The notes: generated from the sequence alone by a model not told the origin. A DNA stretch of 64,000 nucleotides from an uncultured delta proteobacterium (GCA_963745035.1 CAVUVW010000025.1:96001-160000), one strand, 5' to 3'. Positions 32,673-42,491 are shown, counted from the first letter of the stretch. A program made the numbers and translations.

Positions 32673-34883
32673 TCAATTGTCTTCGAGGGGAAAATCCCAG
32701 ATTTTGCGCACGCGCACGGCGCAGGCTTTGAGTTCCGGTTGGCGCGACAGCGGATCGCGCGCGGCGATCGTCAGATTGTTCGCGGCCTTAAAAAAGCCGC
32801 CGTCGCGCCCCCAATGAAACGGCAGAAAACACGTCCCGCTGACGATCTCCTCGGTGACCCGGCACTGCGCCACGACTTTGCCCCGGCGCGAAAAAATCTC
32901 GACGAAATCGGCGTCTTGGATGCCGTGCGCTCGGGCATCGCCGCGGTTGATCTCGAGGATCGGGTCGGGCGCGTACCTGCGCAGCGCGGGGTTTTTTCCC
33001 GTGCGGGTCATGGTGTGCCAGTGATATTTGGAGCGGCCGGTGGTCAGCCACAGCGGATACTCGGCATCCGGCGCTTCGACCGGCTCGGCATGCTCGACGG
33101 CGACAAAGCACGCTTTGCCGTCGGGCGTCGGGAACTTCATGTCCTCGTACAACCGCGCCGCGCCGGCCGCCCGGCCGCTCGGGCACGGCCACTGCAGCGG
33201 CCCTTCATTTTTCAGCCGGCGGTAATTGACGCCCGAGTAATCGCAAAAACTATTCGCCGTCAGCGCGGCAAACTCGTCGAAGATTTCCTCGGCGCCGGAG
33301 TAGTCGAACGCCGCGCCAACTCCCAGCGCCGTGGCGAAGAGCGCAATGATCTTCCAATCGGGCAAAGCCTTGCCAGGCGGCTCGACCAGCTTCGGCATGT
33401 AGGTGATGCGCCGCTCGGAGTTGGTCATCACGCCCTCTTTTTCGCTCCACTGCGCCGCCGGCAAGATCGCGTGCGCGAAGCGGCTGGTCGCGGTCGGATG
33501 GTAGGCGTCTTGAACGACCACCAATTCTGCTTGCCTGAGCGCCTTCTCGATGAGGTCGGTGTCCGGCACGGAAACCGCGGGATTGGTGCAGAGAATCCAG
33601 ATCGCCTTGAGTTTGCCTTGCGCGAGCGCTTCGAACTGTTCGAGCGCGGCAAGCCCCGGCTCCGGCGCGATGCTGCCGCGCGGCACACGCCAAAAGTGTT
33701 CAACCATTTCGCGGTCGCGCGCATCGGCCACGCTGCGGTAACCCGGCAGTAAGTGCGAGAGGCCGCCGACTTCCCGCCCGCCCATCGCATTGGGCTGGCC
33801 GGTGAGCGAAAACGGCCCCGAGCCGGGCTTGCCGATCTTGCCCGTGGCGAGGTGGAGATTGTGAATCGCGTTGTTCTTGCGCACGCCCACCGAGCTTTGA
33901 TTGATCCCCATGCTCCAGAGCGACAGCGCGCTTTTCGACATGGCGAAGATCAATGCCGCCTCGACGATCAGACATTCGGCGACGCCGCAGATCTCGGCGG
34001 CCCGGTGGGGCGGGTATTGCTTGACGGTTTCCTTGAGCTCGCGAAAGCCGCGGGTGTGGCCGGCGATGAACTCGCCATCGGTCAAGTTTTGCTCGATCAA
34101 GACCGCGAGCATGGCGTTCAGCAGCGCGATGTCGCTTCCCGGCCGGATCGGCAGATGTAGATCGGCGAAATCGGCGGTCTCCGTGCGCCGGGGGTCGACG
34201 GCAATGATGGTGACTTTCTTGGGCTCAGCCAGCTTGCGTTGCTTGATGCGCTTAAAAATCACCGGATGACAGTCGGCGGCATTGGTGCCGATCAGCAGGA
34301 AGCAATCGGCGCAATCGATGTCGGCGTACGATGCCGGCGGCCCGTCCGAGCCGAAAGAGACTTTGTAGCCGAAGGCCGCCGACGCCATGCACAGCCGCGA
34401 GTTGGTGTCGAAGTTGTTCGTGCCGAGAAACCCTTTGGCGAGCTTGTTGGCGACGTAATACTCCTCGGTCGTCAACTGCCCGGAGCCGTAAAACGCGACG
34501 GCTTCCGGACCATGCTCGTCGATGATGGCGCGAAAACGCCGGGCGAGATAGTTCATCGTTTGTCCCCAGCTCGCGCGCTTGAAGTCACCGTCCTGGCAGG
34601 CTCGTATGTGCGGATAGAGCAAGCGGTCGCTGGTTTTCAAAGTTTCCGGCAGATAGACCGCTTTGAGACAGAGATCGCCCCGGCTTGATGGATGATCCAG
34701 ATCACCCTTGATGCGCGTTACCGCGCCTGCTTGAACTTTCGCCAGAAGACCGCAGCCGACACCGCAATACGGGCAATATGACTTTTCCCAATGCGTGCTG
34801 ACGTTGCTTTCCACGAAATTTGGCTCGCCACTCGACCTGTTTAGGGAGCGATATCGAAAGAAGGTGGAGTTGCTTTGTGCCAA
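32673..34883 (-). CDS. narB: Assimilatory nitrate reductase, NarB-type molybdoenzyme (likely start GTG at 34814)
   Basis: 4Fe-4S motif CPYCGVGCG...LC, Mo ligand TNSRLCMAS, LTGQPNAMGGRE, QPELKACAV. No C-terminal BFD-like domain. Confidence 0.9.
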   Translation of the reverse strand: MAQSNSTFFRYRSLNRSSGEPNFVESNVSTHWEKSYCPYCGVGCGLLAKVQAGAVTRIKGDLDHPSSRGDLCLKAVYLPETLKTSDRLLYPHIRACQDGDFKRASWGQTMNYLARRFRAIIDEHGPEAVAFYGSGQLTTEEYYVANKLAKGFLGTNNFDTNSRLCMASAAFGYKVSFGSDGPPASYADIDCADCFLLIGTNAADCHPVIFKRIKQRKLAEPKKVTIIAVDPRRTETADFADLHLPIRPGSDIALLNAMLAVLIEQNLTDGEFIAGHTRGFRELKETVKQYPPHRAAEICGVAECLIVEAALIFAMSKSALSLWSMGINQSSVGVRKNNAIHNLHLATGKIGKPGSGPFSLTGQPNAMGGREVGGLSHLLPGYRSVADARDREMVEHFWRVPRGSIAPEPGLAALEQFEALAQGKLKAIWILCTNPAVSVPDTDLIEKALRQAELVVVQDAYHPTATSRFAHAILPAAQWSEKEGVMTNSERRITYMPKLVEPPGKALPDWKIIALFATALGVGAAFDYSGAEEIFDEFAALTANSFCDYSGVNYRRLKNEGPLQWPCPSGRAAGAARLYEDMKFPTPDGKACFVAVEHAEPVEAPDAEYPLWLTTGRSKYHWHTMTRTGKNPALRRYAPDPILEINRGDARAHGIQDADFVEIFSRRGKVVAQCRVTEEIVSGTCFLPFHWGRDGGFFKAANNLTIAARDPLSRQPELKACAVRVRKIWDFPLEDN

Positions 34884-35800
34884 TCATCGTCGAAGGTAAT
34901 TGGCGCCTGCGGCGCACGGTACTTGCGCCGGAAGCGATTGAAACCGGTGTATTTTTCGATGACGAACAATTCGTCTGGCGTTGCCGCCTGTCGCGCTACC
35001 GGGTCAACGCCCGGCGTCCGGCCGTGGCCGGCGCGCTCTTCGAGAAACGTGAGCAGGTGTCCACGCGCGGCCTGGTAGCGCGGAGCATCGACGATGCTCA
35101 GTCGCTCCCGCGGCCGGACGAAGGGAACCGTGACGATTTCCCCGACGGTCGCCGCCGGCCCGTTGGTCATGAGCACGATGCGGTCGGCCAGCAGCAGCGC
35201 CTCATCGACGTCGTGGGTGACCATGAGTACGGTTTTGCGCTCGCTTTCCCACAACCGCATCAGCTCGTCCTGCAACTCCATGCGCGTGATGACGTCGAGC
35301 AAGCTAAACGGCTCGTCGAGGAGCAGCACTTTGGGCTCCAGAGCGAAGGCTCGGGCGATGCCGACCCGCTGTCGCATGCCCGCGGAGAGTTCTTCCGGGT
35401 AGCAGTTCGCGATGTCGTTGAGGCCCACCAAGGCGAGGTACTTGTCGGCGATTTCGCTGCGGTTCCTTCGGCTCGATCTTTCATTGACTTGCTCAACCGC
35501 AAGCAGCACGTTTTCTCTGGCGGTCAACCACGGCAGCAATGCCGGCGACTGAAACACCACGCCGCGATCGAGCCCGGGACCGACAACTTCCTTGCCCGCG
35601 ATGATCACACCGCCTTCGCTCGCTTCGTTCAGGCCCATGGTGATCGACAGCACGGTAGACTTGCCGCAGCCCGAATGGCCGATGATGCAGACAAACTCTC
35701 CTTCGGTCACCCGCAAGTTGAAATCCTTGACGATCACCGAGCGCCCCTGCTCGGTATCGTAGCTCTTGCCCAACTGAGTGAGTTCGAGAAATGGCATCAT
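34841..35800 (-). CDS. nrtD: Nitrate ABC transporter ATP-binding subunit
   Basis: Motifs IGHSGCGKST, LSAGMRQRVG, LLDEPF, MMTNGP-like LMTNGPAA. Confidence 0.88.
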   Translation of the reverse strand: MMPFLELTQLGKSYDTEQGRSVIVKDFNLRVTEGEFVCIIGHSGCGKSTVLSITMGLNEASEGGVIIAGKEVVGPGLDRGVVFQSPALLPWLTARENVLLAVEQVNERSSRRNRSEIADKYLALVGLNDIANCYPEELSAGMRQRVGIARAFALEPKVLLLDEPFSLLDVITRMELQDELMRLWESERKTVLMVTHDVDEALLLADRIVLMTNGPAATVGEIVTVPFVRPRERLSIVDAPRYQAARGHLLTFLEERAGHGRTPGVDPVARQAATPDELFVIEKYTGFNRFRRKYRAPQAPITFDDDWHKATPPSFDIAP

Positions 35801-36657
35801 TGCGAAATTCCTTCCAGCGCTAATTGAGTTGCGCGCTTGCGCCGGGCAGGTCTTTGGTTCGAACCTTTTTGTCCCGCGACGAGAATGCCCACAGTCTCGC
35901 GCCGCGCCTTTTGATAATCCGCGCCGCGGCCAACTTCGGCGCGCGAGCGCGGGTGCGGCGTCGCGATGCGCACCGGCGGTCCGAGGGTCGCGCCAGGACT
36001 CGAAGTCAGCGTGTAAATCGTATCGGCAAGCAAGATCGCCTCATCGATATCGTTGGTGATCATCACCACCGTCTTTTGGGTTTCCATCCAGATGCGCGCC
36101 AGCTCTTCCTGCAACGTACCGCGGGTCAGCGCGTCGAGGGCGCTGAATGGTTCGTCCATCAGCAGCACCTTAGGGTCCATCGCCAGGCCGCGGGCCACCG
36201 CCACTCGCTGGCGCATGCCGCCGGAAAGCTCGCGCGGCCGCTTGCCGGAGGCGTTGCTGAGATTCACCAGCTTGATGTAATGCTCCGTGCGCTCACGTTT
36301 GTCTTTTTCCGCCAGATGCGGCGCCACCGCATCGACGGCGAGATGGATGTTTTCGTAGACCGTCATCCAGGGCAGCAGTGAATAGTTTTGAAAAACGATG
36401 CCGCGCTCCGGGCCCGGACCTTGAATCGCTTTGCCTTCGAGCAAGATCTCGCCGTGATCCGGTTCCATCAAACCGGCGATCAGCGAGATCAAAGTCGTCT
36501 TGCCGGCGCCGGAGCGGCCGACGATACAAACGAACTCCCGTTCTTCGATGGCGAGGTTGATGTCGCGCAGCACGGGCAGCACGTTCGCCGATTGGGCTTT
36601 GCCTCTGCCGTGGAATCCCTTGCTCACGCCGCAAATTTCCAGAAAAGCCATGCGCAT
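35797..36657 (-). CDS. nrtC: Nitrate ABC transporter ATP-binding subunit without a C-terminal regulatory domain
   Basis: Motifs GRSGAGKTT, FQNYSLLPW, LSGGMRQR, MITNDIDEA. Confidence 0.85.
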   Translation of the reverse strand: MRMAFLEICGVSKGFHGRGKAQSANVLPVLRDINLAIEEREFVCIVGRSGAGKTTLISLIAGLMEPDHGEILLEGKAIQGPGPERGIVFQNYSLLPWMTVYENIHLAVDAVAPHLAEKDKRERTEHYIKLVNLSNASGKRPRELSGGMRQRVAVARGLAMDPKVLLMDEPFSALDALTRGTLQEELARIWMETQKTVVMITNDIDEAILLADTIYTLTSSPGATLGPPVRIATPHPRSRAEVGRGADYQKARRETVGILVAGQKGSNQRPARRKRATQLALEGISQ

Positions 36658-36660
36658 TCC

Positions 36661-37434
36661 TCAGGCGGTTTTGAACCGGCGCTCGACCACGCCCATTAAC
36701 CGGTCCAGCGCGAAGCCGATCAGGCCAATGGTGATGATCGACAAGAGAATGTGCGAATAGACCAGGCTGTTGTATTCCTGCCAGAGAAAACCGCCGACGC
36801 CAGGAGCACCGGTGAGCATTTCCGAAGCGACGATGACCAGCCACGCCAAACCGAGGGACAGACGATAGCCGGTAAACACATAAGGCAGCGATCCCGGAAT
36901 GATGATGCGCCGCAAGGTTTTCAGCCAGGAGAGTTTGAGCACCCGCCCAACGTTCAGATATTCCGGGTTGATGCTGCGTACGCCTACGGCCGTGTTGATC
37001 ACGGTCGGCCACATGGCACAAAGCGCGATCGTGAAGATCGCCGCGGGCTCCGACTGCCGGAAGATAACCAAGCCCAGCGGCAGCCAGGCCAAGGGCGAGA
37101 TCGGCCGCAGGATTTGGATCACTGGATCGAACGATTTGTAAAAGAACGTCGACAATCCCAGGAGAAAGCCGATGGGCGTGCCAATCGCAATCGCCAGCAA
37201 GAAGCCCTTGGCGACGCGCATGAGACTCAGAAACGCGAAACGTCCGATGCCCTGGTTCATTTCGCCGTCTTTGAAAAACGGGTTGAGGATATACTGCTTG
37301 CTCTCTTCCCAGGTTTTCAGCGGCGACGGCAGATCCAGCGCCACGGTTGTGCTGATCATTGTCCAGAGGAGCAGCGTAAAGCCGATCCCTAGGAAAGGAA
37401 GAAACAGAGTAGCGAGATCGAGTCGTTTGGCCAT
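36661..37434 (-). CDS. nrtB: Nitrate ABC transporter permease
   Basis: Motifs LRPISPLAWLP, WPTVINTAVG, AWLVIVASEML. Confidence 0.92.
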   Translation of the reverse strand: MAKRLDLATLFLPFLGIGFTLLLWTMISTTVALDLPSPLKTWEESKQYILNPFFKDGEMNQGIGRFAFLSLMRVAKGFLLAIAIGTPIGFLLGLSTFFYKSFDPVIQILRPISPLAWLPLGLVIFRQSEPAAIFTIALCAMWPTVINTAVGVRSINPEYLNVGRVLKLSWLKTLRRIIIPGSLPYVFTGYRLSLGLAWLVIVASEMLTGAPGVGGFLWQEYNSLVYSHILLSIITIGLIGFALDRLMGVVERRFKTA

Positions 37435-37445
37435 GTTTTGTCCTT

Positions 37446-38729
37446 TCAGACGAGATTATGGACGGCGAATTTTTTCGCGTACTCTTCCGGCTTGGCCGGG
37501 TCGAACTCGATGCCGTCGAAGAGCGTCTCTCTCTTCATGTCTTCCTTGGGTACCGAGATGCTCATCTCCTTCGCGACCTCGCGAAAGATGTCCGGACGAT
37601 GAACTTTGTCGACAACCCCCTTGTAATCGGGCGCTCCCTTCACCATGCCCCAACGGCGGAACTGCGACAGCCACCAAACGCCGTGAGACTTTAGCGGAAA
37701 ATTGGTGTTGCGCACGAAGAACGTCATGTAGTTGGGATCCTTTTCTTTGCGTCCATCGCCGTAGTCATAGTCGCCGAGCATGCGGCCGAGAATGATTTCC
37801 TTTTGCGTGTTGATGTACTGCGGCTTCGACACTACCTCGGCCATGTGCGCGCGGTTTTCCAGCTTATCGATGTGCTGGCTCGATTCGAGCATCGCGCGTA
37901 GGATCGCTTTGACCGTCTTGGGATTCTTGTCGGCGAACTCCTCGGTGAACGCGAGAACCTTTTCCGGATGGTCTTTCCACAACTGCTGTGTGGTGATCGC
38001 GGTGAAGCCGATGCCGTCGGCGATCGCCCGGGCGTTCCATGGCTCGCCGACGCAGAACCCGTCCATCTTGCCCACCTTCATGTTCGCGACCATCTGCGCC
38101 GGCGGTATGGTGATGAGCGTCACGTCCTTGTCCGGATTGATGCCGCCGGAGCCGAGCCAATAGCGCATCCACATGGCGTGAGTTCCGGGAGGGAAAGTCA
38201 TGGCGAAAGTCATCGGGCTGCCCGCCTTCTTGGCTTGCTCGGCCAACGGCTTGATCGCCTGCGGCGTCTTGGCGCCCTTGGCCAGCAACTCTTTGTCCAA
38301 CGTGATCGCCTGCCCGTTGCGATTGAGATAAAAGGGAATGATCATCGGTTTTTGCGGCGAGCCGAGCAGTCCCATAGTCGACGCGTAAGGCATGCCGATG
38401 AGCATATGCGTCGCCTGATTTTCTCCCAACGTGAGCCGGTCGCGAATGACGGCCCAGGACGCTTCCTTCGAAATGGTCGACTCGATGCCGTATTTCTTGA
38501 ACAGGCCGAGCTCGTGCGCCATGACGATGGAAGAGCAATCCGTAAGCGCGATGATGCCGAAGCGAACTTTGGTCGTCTCCGGCGCATCCGCGGCGTACAC
38601 ACCGCCCACCCATCCCTTCGGCATGCCGACGAGGAAGGCGCCCACCGCACCCCCGGAGATCTTGAGAAAATTCCGCCGGTTTATTTTTCCAGTTTTGACG
38701 AATTGGTTTTTTCTAGCCACGATCCTCAT
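37446..38729 (-). CDS. nrtA: CmpA/NrtA-family substrate-binding protein with Tat signal
   Basis: Twin-arginine motif NRRNFLK. Motifs IALTDC, NRNGQAIT, FAMTFPPGTH, FCVGEPWN, WKDHPEK. Confidence 0.92.
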   Translation of the reverse strand: MRIVARKNQFVKTGKINRRNFLKISGGAVGAFLVGMPKGWVGGVYAADAPETTKVRFGIIALTDCSSIVMAHELGLFKKYGIESTISKEASWAVIRDRLTLGENQATHMLIGMPYASTMGLLGSPQKPMIIPFYLNRNGQAITLDKELLAKGAKTPQAIKPLAEQAKKAGSPMTFAMTFPPGTHAMWMRYWLGSGGINPDKDVTLITIPPAQMVANMKVGKMDGFCVGEPWNARAIADGIGFTAITTQQLWKDHPEKVLAFTEEFADKNPKTVKAILRAMLESSQHIDKLENRAHMAEVVSKPQYINTQKEIILGRMLGDYDYGDGRKEKDPNYMTFFVRNTNFPLKSHGVWWLSQFRRWGMVKGAPDYKGVVDKVHRPDIFREVAKEMSISVPKEDMKRETLFDGIEFDPAKPEEYAKKFAVHNLV

Positions 38730-40583
38730 CCCTCCACCGTAACTTGTTCACCCTGCGCCACCAGCCGAAAGACTTTCACCTTCAAGCTCGGATCCGTCGA
38801 ACAAGCGCCGGTTTTCAAGTCGAATTTATAGCCGTGCAGCGGACAGACGACCTCGCCGCCCTCGATCCAGCCCTTGCACAATTGGCCCCCTTCGTGCGGG
38901 CAAATGTTTTGAATGCCGTAGAGTTTTCCGTCGTTTTTGAAGACCGCCATCTCTTCTCCTTTCACGCGCACCAGTTTCGCCGCGCCTTCGGCGATCTCAT
39001 CGCCGCGAAACGATGTCTTTGCCGCTTTGGTATCCGCAGGAGGTGGCTGCGTACCCAGCGCGGGTGGCTGGGAAATTTTGCGCAACTGTTGTCGCATCGC
39101 TTTGAAAGCGCCGTGCTTCGCCAGCCCGGCGATGGCGTCGGGCAAGTCCTCACACGGCACGTCTTCGAGAATCTTGATTGGAAAGTTGGCTTCGATGCCC
39201 GCGGCGCCGGCGGCGAAGACGTCCACCGCTTCGACCACTTCGCCGTTGATCTTGACGTTCTTTCCGAGGAGACCGATGTCCGAAACGGTGTGGTTGCCGC
39301 AGCTCGCCGGGCAGCCCGACCAGTGCATGCGCAGCGGCTGGGTCTTGCCGAGTTTGGCTTCCAGATGGCGCGCAGTCTTGAGCGCCCATCCCTTGGTGTC
39401 GATCAAGGCGAAATGGCAGTAATCCATCCCCGTGCAGCTCACCAGACCGCGCATGACCTCCGAGGGATCGTAGCGCAGCTCCTCAAGCACGGGCTCTTCC
39501 GTGAGCGCGCCGATCCTGGAATCCGGCACGTTCGGAATAATGATGTTCTGGCCGACCGTGAGCCGAAGCTGGCCACTGCCGTAGTTTTCTGCCAAGTCTG
39601 CGATGCGCAGCATCTGCTCCGAGGTTATGCGTCCGACCGGCACGGCGAGACCGACGTAGTTGAGTCCCTGCTGCTTCTGGCGCAACACCCCGACGTGATC
39701 GGTGTGCTTCTGCGCGCGTTCATCCTTTCCCGCTGCTGTGAGCGGGCGGTCGACGCGGCGCTCCAATTCGGCGCGAAACTTTTCGATACCCCAGTTCTCG
39801 ATCAAGAACGCCAAACGCGCCTTGGTGCGCAGCTCGCGGCGCGCCGTGGTCGCGAAAGATCATGACGATGTGGCTGCACAGCACAGCGGCCTCCTCCGGC
39901 GTCACGAAGAGGTTGAGCGGTGAGGCCATGCGAAAGCCGCCCGAGCCGAGCTTGCCGCCCACCGCGATGTTGAACCCGCACAGCTCGATCCCGCTGATTT
40001 CCTTGGTCGCAGGCGTCAAAGCCAGATCCTGCGACTCCGCGTGGGTGCAAACCTCTTTGCACGCGGTGATCGTGACGTTGAACTTGCGCGGCAGATTGGT
40101 GAACGCTTTGTTGCCGACGAAGATTTGCGTGAACTCGCGCACCACGCCCGAGGCGTCGAACAGCTCGTTGGGCGTGAGACCGGCGACGGGGCAGCCGATC
40201 ACGCCGCGGATATTATCCATGCCGGTCTGCAGCGAGATCAGCTCGACAGCCGCGAGCCGCTCCCAGATTTCCGGCACGTCGGCAATCGTGAACCAGCGCA
40301 GTTGAATCTGCTGGCGGGTGGTGATGTCGGCGAAGCCCTTGCCGTATTGGCCGCTGATTTGCCCGATGGCGCGGAGCTGCGTCGCGCTCAGGATGCCGTT
40401 GGGAATGCGCAGGCGCATCATGAAATGGCCGGGGGTTTGCCGCCGGAAAAACACGCCGGCCCACTTGAGGCGCTCCTTGTCGCCTTCGGTGATCGCCTGC
40501 CATCCCTCGGCCGCGTACCGCGGCACATCGCCGAGGATTTCCAGCCCATCCTTTTCTTTTTTGTATTCTTCGATCTTATTCAT
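38726..40583 (-). CDS. nirA: Ferredoxin-type nitrite reductase fused to a C-terminal Rieske domain; frameshift near 39830
   Basis: Motifs MNKIEEYK, FMMRLRIPNG, ITTRQQIQL, NLPRKFN. Siroheme/4Fe-4S ligands CTGMDYC and GCPASC. In-frame Rieske motifs CPH and CPLH. Confidence 0.9.
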
Positions 40584-40832
40584 GATCTCGCGAGCGCCGG
40601 TTCAAACCACAATGCGTTCGACATACGATGGCTATTTCCATAGCGGCCAGGATTTGCTGCGGAGCCGGCCGGCGCGGTTTGGCCTGGAAACTTCCAGATC
40701 GAAGCAGCGCGCCATCTCCAGCACGGGCAGCTTGGGGATGTCCCGATCGGCCTGATCGCCGAACACTTCCGCCAGGAAAAGAATGTTCTCGAAAATCTTT
40801 CCGCTTGTTCTTTTTGCCCGCGCTTTTGCCAT
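40576..40832 (-). CDS. Small hypothetical protein heading the nir operon (66 aa as read; about 85 aa if frameshifted)
   Basis: SD AAGGAG lies 7 nt before the ATG at 40832. An alternative frame (QQILAAMEIAIVCRTHC...DHE*) ends overlapping the nirA start. Confidence 0.55.
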
Positions 40833-40846
40833 TTACGGCTCCTTGC

Positions 40847-40918
40847 AAAAATAAAAAGGCGCTCCATCGGATAACCGATGAGCGCCTTTGCTCAGCGAAT
40901 GCGTCGTCGCGTTCGCTG
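40847..40918 (-). promoter_or_regulatory. ANTAR-binding dual-hairpin leader overlapping an intrinsic terminator
   Basis: Hairpin 1 is CAGCGAA-C-GC[GACGAC]GC-A-UUCGCUG. Hairpin 2 is GAGC[AAAGGC]GCUC. Terminator is AAAGGCGCUCAUCGG/CCGAUGGAGCGCCUUU followed by UUAUUUUU. Confidence 0.85.
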
Positions 40919-40927
40919 TTATGAATG

Positions 40928-40943
40928 AGCAATCGTTATGCCA
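40928..40943 (-). promoter_or_regulatory. sigma54 promoter of the nir operon
   Basis: TGGCATAACGATTGCT. Predicted +1 (about 40917) falls at the base of hairpin 1. Confidence 0.85.
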
Positions 40944-41046
40944 TGGACAAATGGAAATAAACCGACGTGATTCTGCCCTTTCGCGCCTGCGGCGTATCTC
41001 ACTGCCTGCGGCGAAGTCAGGCGCTGCTTAGATAAGCGGCAGTCAC

Positions 41047-41634
41047 TCAATTTTTGTCTCCCTTCATAAATCCACCGGCCAAGATAATTGCCTGGGCGAC
41101 TTCAACCATCGGTTTGCGCATATTCATGCTGGCTTTCTTGATCAAGGTGTACGCTTGATCTTCCGACAGATGGCGCTGCTGCATGATCAATCCCTTGGCG
41201 CGCTCGATGACTTTTCGCGCTTCCAAGGTTTCTTTCAGACTGGAGTTTTCCGCGCGCAGCGCGAGGAAATCCTGAAAACGTATGATCGCCAGCTCGACCG
41301 CAGGGCTGAGCTGTTCGGCCCTCAGCGGCTTGACGAGATAACCCATCACTCCGGCGCGTTTGGCGCGCTCGACCGTCGCCTCGTCACAGTGGCTGGTGAT
41401 GAGAACGATCGGCACGGGATGCGACCGCATGACGTCGTGAGAAGCTTCGATGCCGTCAACGTCGGACAGTCCCACGGCCATTAAAATAACGTCGGGAACC
41501 GCCCTGCGCGCCAGCGCCAGCGCAGTTTTGCCGCTTGCGCCCTCGCCCGCGATCTCGTATCCGCCGCTATTTAGGATCGAAAAAAGATGCCGGCGCGAGG
41601 GTGGATGATCATCTATGACCACGACCCTTCTCAT
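41047..41634 (-). CDS. REC-ANTAR antiterminator (NasT/AmiR-like) with a pseudo-receiver domain
   Basis: ANTAR motif RKVIERAKGLIM...AYTLIKKASMN. The receiver has VIDD and YLVKP but reads PDVILMA at the phospho-Asp position. Confidence 0.88.
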   Translation of the reverse strand: MRRVVVIDDHPPSRRHLFSILNSGGYEIAGEGASGKTALALARRAVPDVILMAVGLSDVDGIEASHDVMRSHPVPIVLITSHCDEATVERAKRAGVMGYLVKPLRAEQLSPAVELAIIRFQDFLALRAENSSLKETLEARKVIERAKGLIMQQRHLSEDQAYTLIKKASMNMRKPMVEVAQAIILAGGFMKGDKN

Positions 41635-42377
41635 GGGTCCGCTTGGCCTCCGTCTCCCTTGCGGTTACGCGACCGGCAGTTGCGTCGAACAAATTCTGAG
41701 AGGAATCTCTCGCCGTAGTATTTCAAATTGGGCGCATAGCTCTGCGTGTCGGCGATGATCTTGTCGGGAAGCACGTAGGGAGCCGCGGCTAGATCCTTGG
41801 AGCGCTCGTTGATCCACCGCTCAATCATGCGCGGCGTCACTTCGAGGTGGAACTGCAAGCCGTAGATGCTCTTGCCGACGCGAAAAGCCTGGGTGCTGTA
41901 GTGCGCCGAAGAAGCCAGACGAATTGCGCCGGCCGGCAAATCGAAGCCATCGGCGTGCCATTGGAACACGGTGGCGTTTTCCGGCAGATAGCCGAGCAGC
42001 GAGTCCATCTGCCCGTGCGGCGTGATGGATATCGGACTCCAGCCGATTTCCCTGACCGCGCCGTGAAAAACTTGTGTTCCAAGAGCCTCAGCCAGGAGAT
42101 GCGCGCCGAAACAAACGCCGAGGATCGGCACCGCTTCGTCGATCGCCGCGCGAATGATGCGTTTTTCCCAGCGCAGAAATGGAAAGTCGGCTTCGTCATC
42201 CACGCTCATGGAGCCGCCGAGAACGATTACGGCACTGACATTTTCCAATTCCCCCGCCGGCAACTCGCCGTGGAACAAGCGAAAAATTCGAAAATCCGTT
42301 CCTTGCTTTTCCAGTACCTCGGCGAAAAAGCCGAGATCCTCGAGCGGATCGTGCTGAAAAACCAGGACCTCTGACAT
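41631..42377 (-). CDS. Class I glutamine amidotransferase-like protein
   Basis: Motifs VLGGSM, ILGVCFGA (Cys), FQWH, LQFHLE (His-x-Glu). Stop overlaps the ANTAR gene start (ATGA). Confidence 0.9.
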   Translation of the reverse strand: MSEVLVFQHDPLEDLGFFAEVLEKQGTDFRIFRLFHGELPAGELENVSAVIVLGGSMSVDDEADFPFLRWEKRIIRAAIDEAVPILGVCFGAHLLAEALGTQVFHGAVREIGWSPISITPHGQMDSLLGYLPENATVFQWHADGFDLPAGAIRLASSAHYSTQAFRVGKSIYGLQFHLEVTPRMIERWINERSKDLAAAPYVLPDKIIADTQSYAPNLKYYGERFLSEFVRRNCRSRNRKGDGGQADP

Positions 42378-42395
42378 GGATCGTGCCGAGTAATA

Positions 42396-42462
42396 AGTGC
42401 TGAGGACTGAGGTTGCGTCGCAATTTCTCACCTCAGCCCTTTACCGCTCAGTCCTCAGTCCT
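42396..42462. repeat. Inverted heptamer (CTCAGTC)n intergenic repeat, related to the one at 22383
   Basis: Arms AGTGCTGAGGACTGAG and CTCAGTCCTCAGTCCT. Confidence 0.6.
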
Positions 42463-42491
42463 ACTTCTCCGCTGCTTGTACCTTGCGCAAT

